64,000 nt of DNA, from positions 5,412 to 69,411 of the forward strand of contig CAZKBV010000001.1 in NCBI GenBank assembly GCA_964551215.1. Reading direction: 5' to 3'. Every line of letters begins with the position of its first letter. The stretch's first letter is position 1. Both the position numbers and the translations under genes were made by a program. The notes beneath the pieces are model-generated. The model was not told the origin of the DNA. It saw nothing but the letters and a program-made list of their open reading frames with translations, and did not search any database. Shown here piece after piece: positions 27,114 through 35,486 of the stretch. The DNA is from an uncultured Oscillospiraceae bacterium (GTDB lineage: Bacteria; Bacillota; Clostridia; UMGS1883).

Positions 27114-29141
27114 ATGAATCATTATATAGGCATCCTAAAAAATTCCGCTCTGAATTTCGCTTTAAGAATCATTAAATTTTCAAAATCCGTCGAACCGGTA
27201 AAATATTTTACGGTTTTCTGTTTGGGATTCGCTATGCTGTTCCGCTTTTGCGGCTATTCCTCCGGCGGAAGCTCCGAATACATACGCACCGGCGACGCCG
27301 ACGGCAACGGAATAATCACCTTTGCGGACATTATTTCCCTTGCAGGGCGGACGGGGGAAGGCGCTGAGGAGAATTTGCGCTGCGACATGAACGGGGACGG
27401 GAAAATAAACCGCGCCGACCTGTTCTCCCTTATTCGGTTTTGGGGCGACGGAAGCGACGAGATTGTATACGCCGACAAGGTGAATCTGAGCGCAGACGCC
27501 GTTACGCTGTACATAGGCAATCAAAATCAAACGGCGCGGCTGACGGCTTCCGTTTTGCCGGAGGACGCGGCTGTGAAGGACGTTATATGGCAAAGCTCCG
27601 ACGAAGGCGTTGTAACGGTAAGCGACGGTCTGCTTACGGCAAAAGGGGCGGGGGAAGCCGTCGTTACCGCTGTTTCCGCCGACGGCTTTGCCTCCGCCCA
27701 ATGCGTCGTGGCGGTGGGCATAGGCGTTACGGGGGTGGAATTTGACCCCAATGAAATATACATCTACGAAAACAGCCCCTCGTTCCGGCTCGTTCCCGTA
27801 ATATATCCGGAAAACGCCTCCGCTCGTACGCTTGTATGGCAAAGCTCCGACTGGAATGTCGTGGGAGTTGACAGCGCGGGAGGAATTACCCCTGTAGGCG
27901 TGGGGACAGCGGTGATAGGGGCGTCCTCCGCGGAAGGGAACGTGACCGCCGCGTGTACGGTACACGTTGTGGAGGAGCCTTGGGCGGAAGCCGAAAACGC
28001 TCCGGACATTTCAACCCAAAGGACAATGAAAACAGGCAGCTTCACCAATTACCTTCCCATATCCCGCAGCTTTAATTCCATGCTTGACATACAGTGCGGC
28101 CTGTACAACATAATTTCCGTAGACGGCTTTTCCACCGCGTCGGCAAGCGACGTGGCTAAGTACGCAAACCCCTCCAATTACTGCGAAGGGACGGCAAAAT
28201 ACCAGTTTCTCGACCTTTCGGTACCCAACAATATGACGGCGGAGGCTCTGAACGTATATTTAAAGAACAAAGGAATCCTTACCGGCATGGGGCAGGTATA
28301 CATCGACGCGGCAAACGAATACGGAGTTAGCGAAGCTTACCTTGTGGCCCATTCCTGCCTTGAAACGGGGAACGGCTCCTCCCGCCTCGCGAAGGGTGTG
28401 GAGTACAACGGCGTTACGGTATACAATATGTTCGGTATAGGCGCATACGACGGCAACGCCCTTATGGGCGGCGCGGCCTACGCCTATAAGCAGGGGTGGA
28501 CAAGTCCGGAGGCGGCAATCAGGGGCGGCGCGAAGTGGATAGCCGAAAACTATATTTACCGCGCAAAGGGACGTCAGAACACCCTTTACAAAATGCGCTG
28601 GAATCCCCTATCCCCCGGCGTTCACCAGTACGCAACCGACGTCACATGGGCGGTGAGTCAGGCATATACCATATCGAAGATAATCGGAGGAGCGCAATGT
28701 CTGCAAATTTTTGAAATCCCCGTTTACAGCGGCGAATACACCGGATATATCCCGGACGTATCCCCCAAAACAACCCCCGATTATTACTCCGTTTCCATGC
28801 CTGCCGCCGAGCCGGAGCCGGAAGCGGAGGCGCAGACGGAGGACGCTCCCAATGAAACCGTCACGGAAGCGGATTCCGTTTTGTCGCCGACAACGGCAGA
28901 CGCGGAAGTCGAAGCCGAACAAGCCTCGCAGGAGCGGCCCGCGCCGGAGCAAGAAGCGGAGACTTCTCCCTCGGAGGATAAACAGCCGGAAAATACGCGG
29001 CCGGAAGAATCAAAAAACGAAGCGGAGGAATCCCCTGCGGCGGAGGAAGCTCAGGCTTCTTCCGATACAGCTTCTTCCGATACAGCTCCGCCGGAAGGCT
29101 CCTCTTCCGAAGAATCTCTCTCGGACGGGGTAAATCCGTAG
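27114..29141 (+). CDS. Secreted peptidoglycan hydrolase with a dockerin repeat, two Big_2 domains, a GH73 glucosaminidase domain and an acidic Glu/Pro-rich tail
   Basis: Signal-peptide-like N-terminus. Dockerin type I repeats DADGNGIITFADI and DMNGDGKINRADL. Two Big_2 domains (VTLYIGNQNQTARLTASVLPEDAAVKDVIWQSSDEGVVTV). Glucosaminidase region GMGQVYIDAANEYGVSEAYLVAHSCLETGNGSS...YNMFGIGAYDGNA. The C-terminal 150 aa are E/P/A/S-rich low complexity, including a 15-bp tandem nucleotide repeat encoding ASSDT. Start at the first ATG downstream of the promoter (27114) or at 27231. Confidence 0.7.
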   Translation: MNHYIGILKNSALNFALRIIKFSKSVEPVKYFTVFCLGFAMLFRFCGYSSGGSSEYIRTGDADGNGIITFADIISLAGRTGEGAEENLRCDMNGDGKINRADLFSLIRFWGDGSDEIVYADKVNLSADAVTLYIGNQNQTARLTASVLPEDAAVKDVIWQSSDEGVVTVSDGLLTAKGAGEAVVTAVSADGFASAQCVVAVGIGVTGVEFDPNEIYIYENSPSFRLVPVIYPENASARTLVWQSSDWNVVGVDSAGGITPVGVGTAVIGASSAEGNVTAACTVHVVEEPWAEAENAPDISTQRTMKTGSFTNYLPISRSFNSMLDIQCGLYNIISVDGFSTASASDVAKYANPSNYCEGTAKYQFLDLSVPNNMTAEALNVYLKNKGILTGMGQVYIDAANEYGVSEAYLVAHSCLETGNGSSRLAKGVEYNGVTVYNMFGIGAYDGNALMGGAAYAYKQGWTSPEAAIRGGAKWIAENYIYRAKGRQNTLYKMRWNPLSPGVHQYATDVTWAVSQAYTISKIIGGAQCLQIFEIPVYSGEYTGYIPDVSPKTTPDYYSVSMPAAEPEPEAEAQTEDAPNETVTEADSVLSPTTADAEVEAEQASQERPAPEQEAETSPSEDKQPENTRPEESKNEAEESPAAEEAQASSDTASSDTAPPEGSSSEESLSDGVNP

Positions 29142-29201
29142 GGCGCGGCGACTCGTTACGCAATACGCATAAATAATGACAATATATAATACATATACAG
29201 T

Positions 29202-29233
29202 AAAACGAGCGATTTTTGAATCGCTCGTTTTTA
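29202..29233. terminator. Bidirectional rho-independent terminator between the convergent GH73 and gatB genes
   Basis: Perfect 13-bp stem AAAACGAGCGATT / AATCGCTCGTTTT with a 4-nt loop. A/T runs are part of the stem on both sides. Confidence 0.7.
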
Positions 29234-29243
29234 TTATCAATAT

Positions 29244-30680
29244 TTATTTCAATTTCGCAAGCTCTCCGTCAAGTATTTCCTGTATAAGAGCCGGATTTCC
29301 GCGGCCGGAGGTCTTTGCCATAGCCTGCCCCATAAGAGCCTTTACGGCCTGAAGCTTGCCGTTCTTAAAGTCGGCTATGCTCTTGGGATTGCTTTCCATA
29401 ACCTCGGCAACTATCCTGCCCAAAGCCTCACGGTCGTTAATCTGGCCTAAGCCCTGTTCCTCAACGGCTTTTTCAACGTCGAAATCCTCTTCCCAAAGGC
29501 GGGAAACAAGCTTTTTCGCCGTGCCGCTGTTGATAACGCCGCTGCCCATCAGGTCGGCAATTTTAGCCAGACGCTTGGGCTTTACGGGGATATCGGCGCT
29601 TTCGGGAGGAAGCAGACGGAATACCTCTGAAACAATAAGGTTGCCAAGTATTTTCGGATATTCGCACACAGCCGCCGCCGCTTCAAAGTAGTCGGCAATT
29701 TCCACCTGACCGGTAAGCATTTCGCCGTTGTAGGGACTTATCCCGTACTTTTCCACATAAACAGCCTTTCGCTTGTCGGGAAGCTGGGGAATGGAAGCGG
29801 AAATTTCGCTAAGCCTTTCCTCGCTTGTTATTATCGGAGGAAGATCGGGGTCGGGGAAGTAGCGGTAATCGCTGGAGTCCTCCTTGCTTCGCATAGCGGA
29901 GGTTTTGCCCGTCGCGCTGTCGAAGCGGCGGGTTTCTTGGATTATGTTTTCGCCGTTTTCTATAGCGTCCACCTGACGCTTGAACTCGTATTCTATAGCC
30001 TTAAGCACAAACTGGAAGGAGTTGAGGTTTTTCATCTCCGTTCTGGTACCGAGCTCCTTTTCCCCTATTTTGCGGACGGAAAGGTTTACGTCGCAGCGCA
30101 AGGACCCCTCCTGCATTTTGCAGTCGGAAACCCCTGTATAGAGAATCACCGCCCGAAGCTTGCGCAAATACGCCACGGCCTCCTCGCCGCTTCTCATGTC
30201 CGGCTCGGAAACGATTTCTATAAGCGGCACGCCGCAGCGGTTGCAGTCAATAAGAGTGCCGTGTTCATCGTCGTGAATCAGCTTGCCCGCGTCCTCCTCA
30301 ATGTGTATGCGGGTTATGCCTATGCGCTTGGCGCCGTTTTCCGATTCGATGTCTAAGTATCCGTGTTCGCACAGAGGAAGGTCATACTGGGATATTTGGT
30401 ACGCCTTTGGAAGGTCGGGATAGAAGTAGTTTTTTCTGTCCTCCTTGGAATAGCGGGCAATGGCGCAGTTTGTGGCAAGGCCGGCCTTTATGGCGTATTC
30501 CACTACCTTTCCGTTAAGCACGGGAAGCGTGCCCGGATAGCCCATGCACACCGGGCAGACGTGGGTGTTAGGCTCCGCGCCGAAGGTAGTTGGGCAGGAG
30601 CAGAATATCTTGGTGTCGGTTTTAAGCTCCACATGAGTTTCAAGGCCGATTACCATTTCATAGCCTTTGTATGTCGTCAT
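29244..30680 (-). CDS. gatB: Asp-tRNA(Asn)/Glu-tRNA(Gln) amidotransferase subunit B
   Basis: MVIGLETHVELKTDTKIFCSCPTTFGAEPNTHVCPVCMGYPGTLPVLN and a C-terminal GatB/YqeY domain. Start ATG overlaps the gatA stop (TGATGA). Confidence 0.9.
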   Translation of the reverse strand: MTTYKGYEMVIGLETHVELKTDTKIFCSCPTTFGAEPNTHVCPVCMGYPGTLPVLNGKVVEYAIKAGLATNCAIARYSKEDRKNYFYPDLPKAYQISQYDLPLCEHGYLDIESENGAKRIGITRIHIEEDAGKLIHDDEHGTLIDCNRCGVPLIEIVSEPDMRSGEEAVAYLRKLRAVILYTGVSDCKMQEGSLRCDVNLSVRKIGEKELGTRTEMKNLNSFQFVLKAIEYEFKRQVDAIENGENIIQETRRFDSATGKTSAMRSKEDSSDYRYFPDPDLPPIITSEERLSEISASIPQLPDKRKAVYVEKYGISPYNGEMLTGQVEIADYFEAAAAVCEYPKILGNLIVSEVFRLLPPESADIPVKPKRLAKIADLMGSGVINSGTAKKLVSRLWEEDFDVEKAVEEQGLGQINDREALGRIVAEVMESNPKSIADFKNGKLQAVKALMGQAMAKTSGRGNPALIQEILDGELAKLK

Positions 30681-32140
30681 CAGAATGCACCCCTTTCAAC
30701 ATGATAGGCTCCCGTTTCAGCCTCGAAGGCCGCGCCGGCGCCGTAGAGCATGGCTTCGCTGAAGGCCGGACCGATGAGCTGCATTCCTATGGGCATATTG
30801 TTTTTGTCGTTTCCGCAGGGAAGGGACAGAGCGGGTACGCCGCCGATGTTCACAGGCACCGTGCATATGTCTCCGGCGTACATTTCAAGAGGATTTTTCG
30901 TCTTTTCGCCTATCTTATATGCCACAGTAGGCGCCACGGGGGAAATAATAAAGCTGCACTCCTTGAATATGCTTTCGTAGTCCTTCATTATGAGAGTTCT
31001 CACCTGAAGGGCTTTTTTATAGTACGCGTCGTAATATCCGCTGGAAAGAGCGAAGGTACCCAGCATAATGCGGCGCTTTACCTCCGCGCCGAAGCCTTCG
31101 CTGCGGCTGTTGTTGTAAAGCTCGGTAATGTCGCTGTAGTTTTCGCTTCTGTAGCCGTAGCGCACACCGTCGAAACGGGCAAGGTTGCTGCTGGCTTCGG
31201 CGGAGCTTATTACGTAGTATGCGGAAAGGGCGTGGTTAAGAGAGGGCATTGAAACCTCAATAAGCTCCGCCCCCATTTTTTCGTACTGCTTCGCGGCCCT
31301 GAGCACGGCGGATCTTACCTCGTCGTTTATTCCGTCCCCCATAGCCTCCTTCAAAAGGGCTATTTTCATTCCCTTTACGCCTTTTCCTATTTCGGAGGCG
31401 CAGTCCGTCACGGGAACGTTTACGCTTGTGGCGTCGCGCCTGTCGTAGCCCGCGACGGCGTTAAGTACAAGGGCATTGTCCTCCACGGTTTTGGTTAAGG
31501 GGCCTATCTGGTCAAGAGATGAGGCAAACGCCACAAGACCGTATCGGGAAACACGGCCATAGGTTGGCTTCATGCCAACAACTCCGCAGAAGGCCGCCGG
31601 CTGGCGTATGCTTCCGCCGGTGTCGCTTCCCAAGGCAAAGGGGGCCTCGTTGGCGGCCACCGCGGCGGCGCTGCCGCCGCTGCTCCCCCCGGGGACACAG
31701 TCTGTATTGCGGGGATTGCGGGTGATTTTAAAAGCGCTGTTTTCGGTGGAGGAGCCCATGGCGAACTCGTCCAAATTTGCCTTGCCCAAAACGGGAACGG
31801 TTTCGGCGTTCAGCTTTTCCATAACCGTGGCATCATAGGGAGGGATAAAATTCCCCAGCATTTTTGAAGCGCAGGTAGTTTTTATCCCCTTTGTGCATAT
31901 ATTATCCTTAATCGCGGCGGGAATTCCCGTAAGAGGGCTTCCCTTGCCTTCCCTTATAAGGGCGTCGGCCGCGTCCGCAGTCTCTAAGGACTCCTTTTCG
32001 GTGACGGTAATATAGCCGCACACCTTATCCTCGGTCTTTTTTATATTTTCCATATATGCGGCGGTGATTTCCCGGGAAGAGAGCTTTCCTTCGGAAAGAG
32101 CCTTTCCCAGCTCCTTCACCGTCATGGTCGTTATATCCAT
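30680..32140 (-). CDS. gatA: Glutamyl-tRNA(Gln) amidotransferase subunit A
   Basis: Amidase signature GGSSGGSAAAVA, Ser-cisSer-Lys triad context, 486 aa. Confidence 0.9.
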   Translation of the reverse strand: MDITTMTVKELGKALSEGKLSSREITAAYMENIKKTEDKVCGYITVTEKESLETADAADALIREGKGSPLTGIPAAIKDNICTKGIKTTCASKMLGNFIPPYDATVMEKLNAETVPVLGKANLDEFAMGSSTENSAFKITRNPRNTDCVPGGSSGGSAAAVAANEAPFALGSDTGGSIRQPAAFCGVVGMKPTYGRVSRYGLVAFASSLDQIGPLTKTVEDNALVLNAVAGYDRRDATSVNVPVTDCASEIGKGVKGMKIALLKEAMGDGINDEVRSAVLRAAKQYEKMGAELIEVSMPSLNHALSAYYVISSAEASSNLARFDGVRYGYRSENYSDITELYNNSRSEGFGAEVKRRIMLGTFALSSGYYDAYYKKALQVRTLIMKDYESIFKECSFIISPVAPTVAYKIGEKTKNPLEMYAGDICTVPVNIGGVPALSLPCGNDKNNMPIGMQLIGPAFSEAMLYGAGAAFEAETGAYHVERGAF

Positions 32141-32154
32141 ATTCCTAACCTCGC

Positions 32155-34236
32155 TTATTCTACGACTCTGGGAACGCTTACGCAGCCGTTCGCCTTTGTG
32201 GGCGCGTTTTTCAGCATTTCCTCTCGCTCAAAATTAATTTCGGCCTTATCCTCGCGGAACACATTGCTCAAAGGAACGACATGAGCGGTTATATCCACAT
32301 CGGTTGTATCTATTTCGGAAAGCCGGTTTGCGAAATCCACAATGGCCTCCATATCGGCAGACATGGCCGTTTTTTCCTGAGGACTGAGACGAAGCCTCGC
32401 CAGCTTTGCCACGTTTTCAACGTCTATCTTAGGGCCGGATCTCTTATTTTTGCCGGCGGAGCGGGGCTTTCCGGCGGCTTCCGCGCCCAGATGAAGCGCT
32501 TCAAGCTGCTTTTGATCAACATAATCCGGCGCGCCGGTCATTGGGTCGGAGGCGTCCTTGACCTTGGGGAAGGCAATGACCTCTCTGAGGGAATCCGCCC
32601 CCACGAGAAGCATTACCAAACGGTCAAGCCCGAAGGCGAAGCCTCCGTGAGGAGGTGTGCCGTAGCGGAAAGCATTGACCATAAAGCCGAAGCGGCTTTC
32701 GATTTCCTCGTCTGTAAAGCCCAAGGCTTCAAACATCTTCTGCTGGATATCGCTTCTGTGGATTCTGATGCTGCCGCTGCCCAGCTCGACGCCGTTAAGC
32801 ACAACGTCGTAGGCCTGAGCCCTCACCTTTCCCGGGTCCGTCATGAGATACTGTATATCCTCGGGGTAAGGCATTGTAAACGGATGGTGCATAGCCATGT
32901 AGCGGTTTTCCTCATCGCTCCACTCGAACTGGGGGAAATCCGTAACGAAAAGGAACTTGTATTCATCTTTTTTCCTCAGCCCCAGCATATCGCCCAAATC
33001 AAGGCGAAGAGAGCCGAGAGTGCGGTATACGACAGAGGGCTTATCGGCGCAGAACAGGATGAAGTCTCCCGGCTTAGCCTCCATTCTTTCGATTATTGCG
33101 TCAATATCCTCCTTAGAGAAATACTTGGTAAGTATGGAATATATTTCCCCGTCGGGGCGGACGGCTATCCACGCCATGCCCTTTGCGCCGTAGCCTTGGG
33201 CTTTTTCCGTAAGCTCCTCTATGGCGCTTCTGGTGAAATCGGCGCAGCCCTTTACGTTTATTGCCCGAACTATGCCGCCCTTGTCAACAACCTTGCGGAA
33301 CACCGTAAAGCTGCACGTTTTCATAATGTCGCTCAAATCAACAATGGGAAGCCCGAAGCGGATATCCGGCTTGTCGGTTCCGTATTTGTCCATACATTCC
33401 TGCCACGTTATGCGGGGAAAAGCGTAATCTATTTCACTGCCCATTACAGTCTTAAATATGTGCTTAAAGAGCTTTTCAAGGTGAACAAGAATATCCTCCT
33501 GATTTACAAAGGACATTTCCATATCCACTTGGGTAAATTCCGGCTGGCGGTCGGCTCTCAAATCCTCGTCGCGGAAGCATCTTGCCACCTGATAATATTT
33601 GTCCACTCCGCCCACCATAAGAAGCTGCTTAAAAATCTGGGGGGACTGGGGCAAAGCGTAAAAGGTGCCGGGGTGAACACGGCTGGGAACAAGATAGTCT
33701 CTGGCTCCTTCGGGGGTGGACTTGCACAGCATTGGAGTTTCCACACAGATAAAGCCGTTGCTGTCGAGGAAATCCTCCGCCGCCTTCTGAACGGCGTGGC
33801 GGAAGCGGAGATTTTTTATCATCTGAGGGCGGCGCAGGTCTATAAAGCGGTATTTAAGCCGCAAATCCTCCCGAACGTTTATTTCCTCGTCGGGCGAGAA
33901 GGGAAGGGGGTCTGACTCGGACAAAACCTCAATGCCTGTGGCCATAAGCTCAATAGTTCCGGTTTTCAGCTTTGGATTATAGGTTTCCTCATCACGGTGA
34001 CGGATTTTTCCCTTTACCGATATTACGGTCTGATTTTTCAGCCCTTCCGCGGCGGCGAAATCCTCCGCCGAAAGATTCTGAAGGTTAAAGACTACCTGCA
34101 GGGTGCCTTCCCTGTCGCGAAGGTCAATGAAAATAACTCCGCCCATATCGCGCTTGGTCTGAACCCAGCCGCATACGGTCTGATTTGTGTCGATCTGCTC
34201 TTCGGAAAGCAGTCCGCAATAAAATGTTCTGTTCAT
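32155..34236 (-). CDS. aspS: Aspartyl-tRNA synthetase fused in frame to GatC (AspRS-GatC fusion)
   Basis: Residues 1-~590 are a complete bacterial-type AspRS: OB anticodon-binding domain, class II motifs, insertion domain, C-terminus FPKVKDASDPMTGAPDYVDQKQLEALHLG. There is no stop codon. After an ~18-aa linker (AEAAGKPRSAGKNKRSGP) comes a full GatC domain: KIDVENVAKLARLRLSPQEK...DTTDVDITAHVVPLSNVFREDKAE...KANGCVSVPRVVE. gatA starts 15 nt downstream. Confidence 0.8.
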   Translation of the reverse strand: MNRTFYCGLLSEEQIDTNQTVCGWVQTKRDMGGVIFIDLRDREGTLQVVFNLQNLSAEDFAAAEGLKNQTVISVKGKIRHRDEETYNPKLKTGTIELMATGIEVLSESDPLPFSPDEEINVREDLRLKYRFIDLRRPQMIKNLRFRHAVQKAAEDFLDSNGFICVETPMLCKSTPEGARDYLVPSRVHPGTFYALPQSPQIFKQLLMVGGVDKYYQVARCFRDEDLRADRQPEFTQVDMEMSFVNQEDILVHLEKLFKHIFKTVMGSEIDYAFPRITWQECMDKYGTDKPDIRFGLPIVDLSDIMKTCSFTVFRKVVDKGGIVRAINVKGCADFTRSAIEELTEKAQGYGAKGMAWIAVRPDGEIYSILTKYFSKEDIDAIIERMEAKPGDFILFCADKPSVVYRTLGSLRLDLGDMLGLRKKDEYKFLFVTDFPQFEWSDEENRYMAMHHPFTMPYPEDIQYLMTDPGKVRAQAYDVVLNGVELGSGSIRIHRSDIQQKMFEALGFTDEEIESRFGFMVNAFRYGTPPHGGFAFGLDRLVMLLVGADSLREVIAFPKVKDASDPMTGAPDYVDQKQLEALHLGAEAAGKPRSAGKNKRSGPKIDVENVAKLARLRLSPQEKTAMSADMEAIVDFANRLSEIDTTDVDITAHVVPLSNVFREDKAEINFEREEMLKNAPTKANGCVSVPRVVE

Positions 34237-34358
34237 GCTGGAACAACTCCTAATATCTATTATCCCGGGGCAGAAAAGCCTTTTCTCTTCCGCCGCCGTT
34301 TGGTATCCGTTTGAGTAGCGCCTCGGTATAAAATAAGACCTGCCCTACACTTCTTTAT

Positions 34359-34388
34359 ATCATACCTCAAAACCCTGTCTTTTGTCAA
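34359..34388 (-). promoter_or_regulatory. Sigma-A promoter for aspS/gatC-gatA-gatB
   Basis: Minus strand: TTGACA (34383-34388), 18-nt spacer, TATGAT (34359-34364). ~120-nt leader with no T-box features. Confidence 0.45.
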
Positions 34389-34461
34389 GAGAAGCCGAGT
34401 AAATTTTGCAAAAAAAGTTTGTCAATGATAAGTAGCACTTTACCAAAAAAATATAACCAAA

Positions 34462-34499
34462 CAAAAAATGTCCCCCACTATAGGCGGCGGACATTTTTC
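34462..34499 (-). terminator. Rho-independent terminator after the SLH-protein gene
   Basis: ATGTCC...GGACAT hairpin (34468-34494) flanked by AAAAAA and TTTTT. Confidence 0.5.
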
Positions 34500-34565
34500 A
34501 TTTGGTTACATCCACTAAATCATCCCTAACCCCGCAAACCAAAAACTACGTAAACCAAAAACCTA

Positions 34566-35474
34566 TCAATCAAAGCTGCGCATTTTATCGGCGTTTTTCT
34601 CTATATTATGGATTAACGTCAGGCAGTTTGCTTGCGTGAGATTATCGTCCAAGGAGCAGGCGATTCCGGTCGAAAGGCCCATAGAGGTACATATCAAGGC
34701 TCCGCCGAGGGGATAGGGGCCTCTCTCTTCTATTTCCTCGTCCGTGGCAAAGAGTCTCGCGGCGATTGTAAACGCTTGGGCGTATGTAATATCATCCTTC
34801 AAGCGGAACATATCTCCGCCCATGCCCTTAACCAAGCCTCGGGCCTTAAGCTGCATAACCGCTTCATAGGGTATGTTGAGGGGAGTCACATCCTCGAACG
34901 GCTCTACGTCGGAAATATCCTTTTTTTCTTCAAAAATTTCCGCCAGCTTTTGGGCAAAATCTCCCCTGTTCAGCGTAAGCTCAATGCCGCTGCTCTTAGA
35001 GCCGACGACGGTTATTTCCCCCTTGGCAACGTCGACGTCGGGGCTTGTAAGCTCAATATAATATCTCCTGTTTCTATCCGTCACATTCTGCCACACAACA
35101 AGCTTTTGCATATTAGGCGTAACCTTAACCGTATTTGAATAGACAATATCCGTTTTTATTGTATCATTGTTGTCCCTAAGACGCTTCACTGTCAGCTTAA
35201 GGCTGTAGCTTTCGGCGGTGGTGGAACGTATGTACATAATAATATCGCATTTTTCCATGAGGAAAATATCGAAATCGGAGTAGTGGGTCTTTTCGGGAGT
35301 TAACGTGTATTCATATGAATCGTATTCGTCCGGAATTCCAAGTGTGCCTGTTTTTTCCGCAGTTTTATGAGCTTCTTCCGCAATGGAATATAAATATTGG
35401 GGATTGTCCGCCGCAAAGGCGGCGGTGGATAAGAAAACGCAAATAACCGTAACAATTGAAATTATTTTTTTCAT
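34566..35474 (-). CDS. Secreted protein with C-terminal SLH (S-layer homology) domain
   Basis: Signal peptide MKKIISIVTVICVFLSTAAFA. C-terminal FEDVTPLNIPYEAVMQLKARGLVKGMGGDMFRLKDDITYAQAFTIAARL fits the SLH consensus. Confidence 0.6.
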   Translation of the reverse strand: MKKIISIVTVICVFLSTAAFAADNPQYLYSIAEEAHKTAEKTGTLGIPDEYDSYEYTLTPEKTHYSDFDIFLMEKCDIIMYIRSTTAESYSLKLTVKRLRDNNDTIKTDIVYSNTVKVTPNMQKLVVWQNVTDRNRRYYIELTSPDVDVAKGEITVVGSKSSGIELTLNRGDFAQKLAEIFEEKKDISDVEPFEDVTPLNIPYEAVMQLKARGLVKGMGGDMFRLKDDITYAQAFTIAARLFATDEEIEERGPYPLGGALICTSMGLSTGIACSLDDNLTQANCLTLIHNIEKNADKMRSFD

Positions 35475-35486
35475 GAGATAACCTCC

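Noticed and set aside
26879-27175. 98-aa plus-strand ORF with a GTG/TTG start and AAGGAG nearby
   Set aside because: It spans the consensus promoter at 27051-27079 and the start region of the dockerin/GH73 gene, so it is probably not a real CDS.
28608-29163. Cluster of overlapping Arg/Pro-rich ORFs on both strands
   Set aside because: All fall within the Glu/Pro/Ala-rich low-complexity tail of the GH73 protein. They are frame artefacts of a biased, repetitive coding region.
32281-33915. 544-aa plus-strand ORF
   Set aside because: Antisense to aspS. No RBS or recognisable motifs.
34237-34360. Possible T-box leader upstream of aspS (and upstream of hisS)
   Set aside because: The leader is only ~120 nt and lacks the T-box consensus (AATTAGGGTGGNACCGCG) and a specifier-loop architecture. 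hisS has no leader at all because it overlaps the patatin gene.
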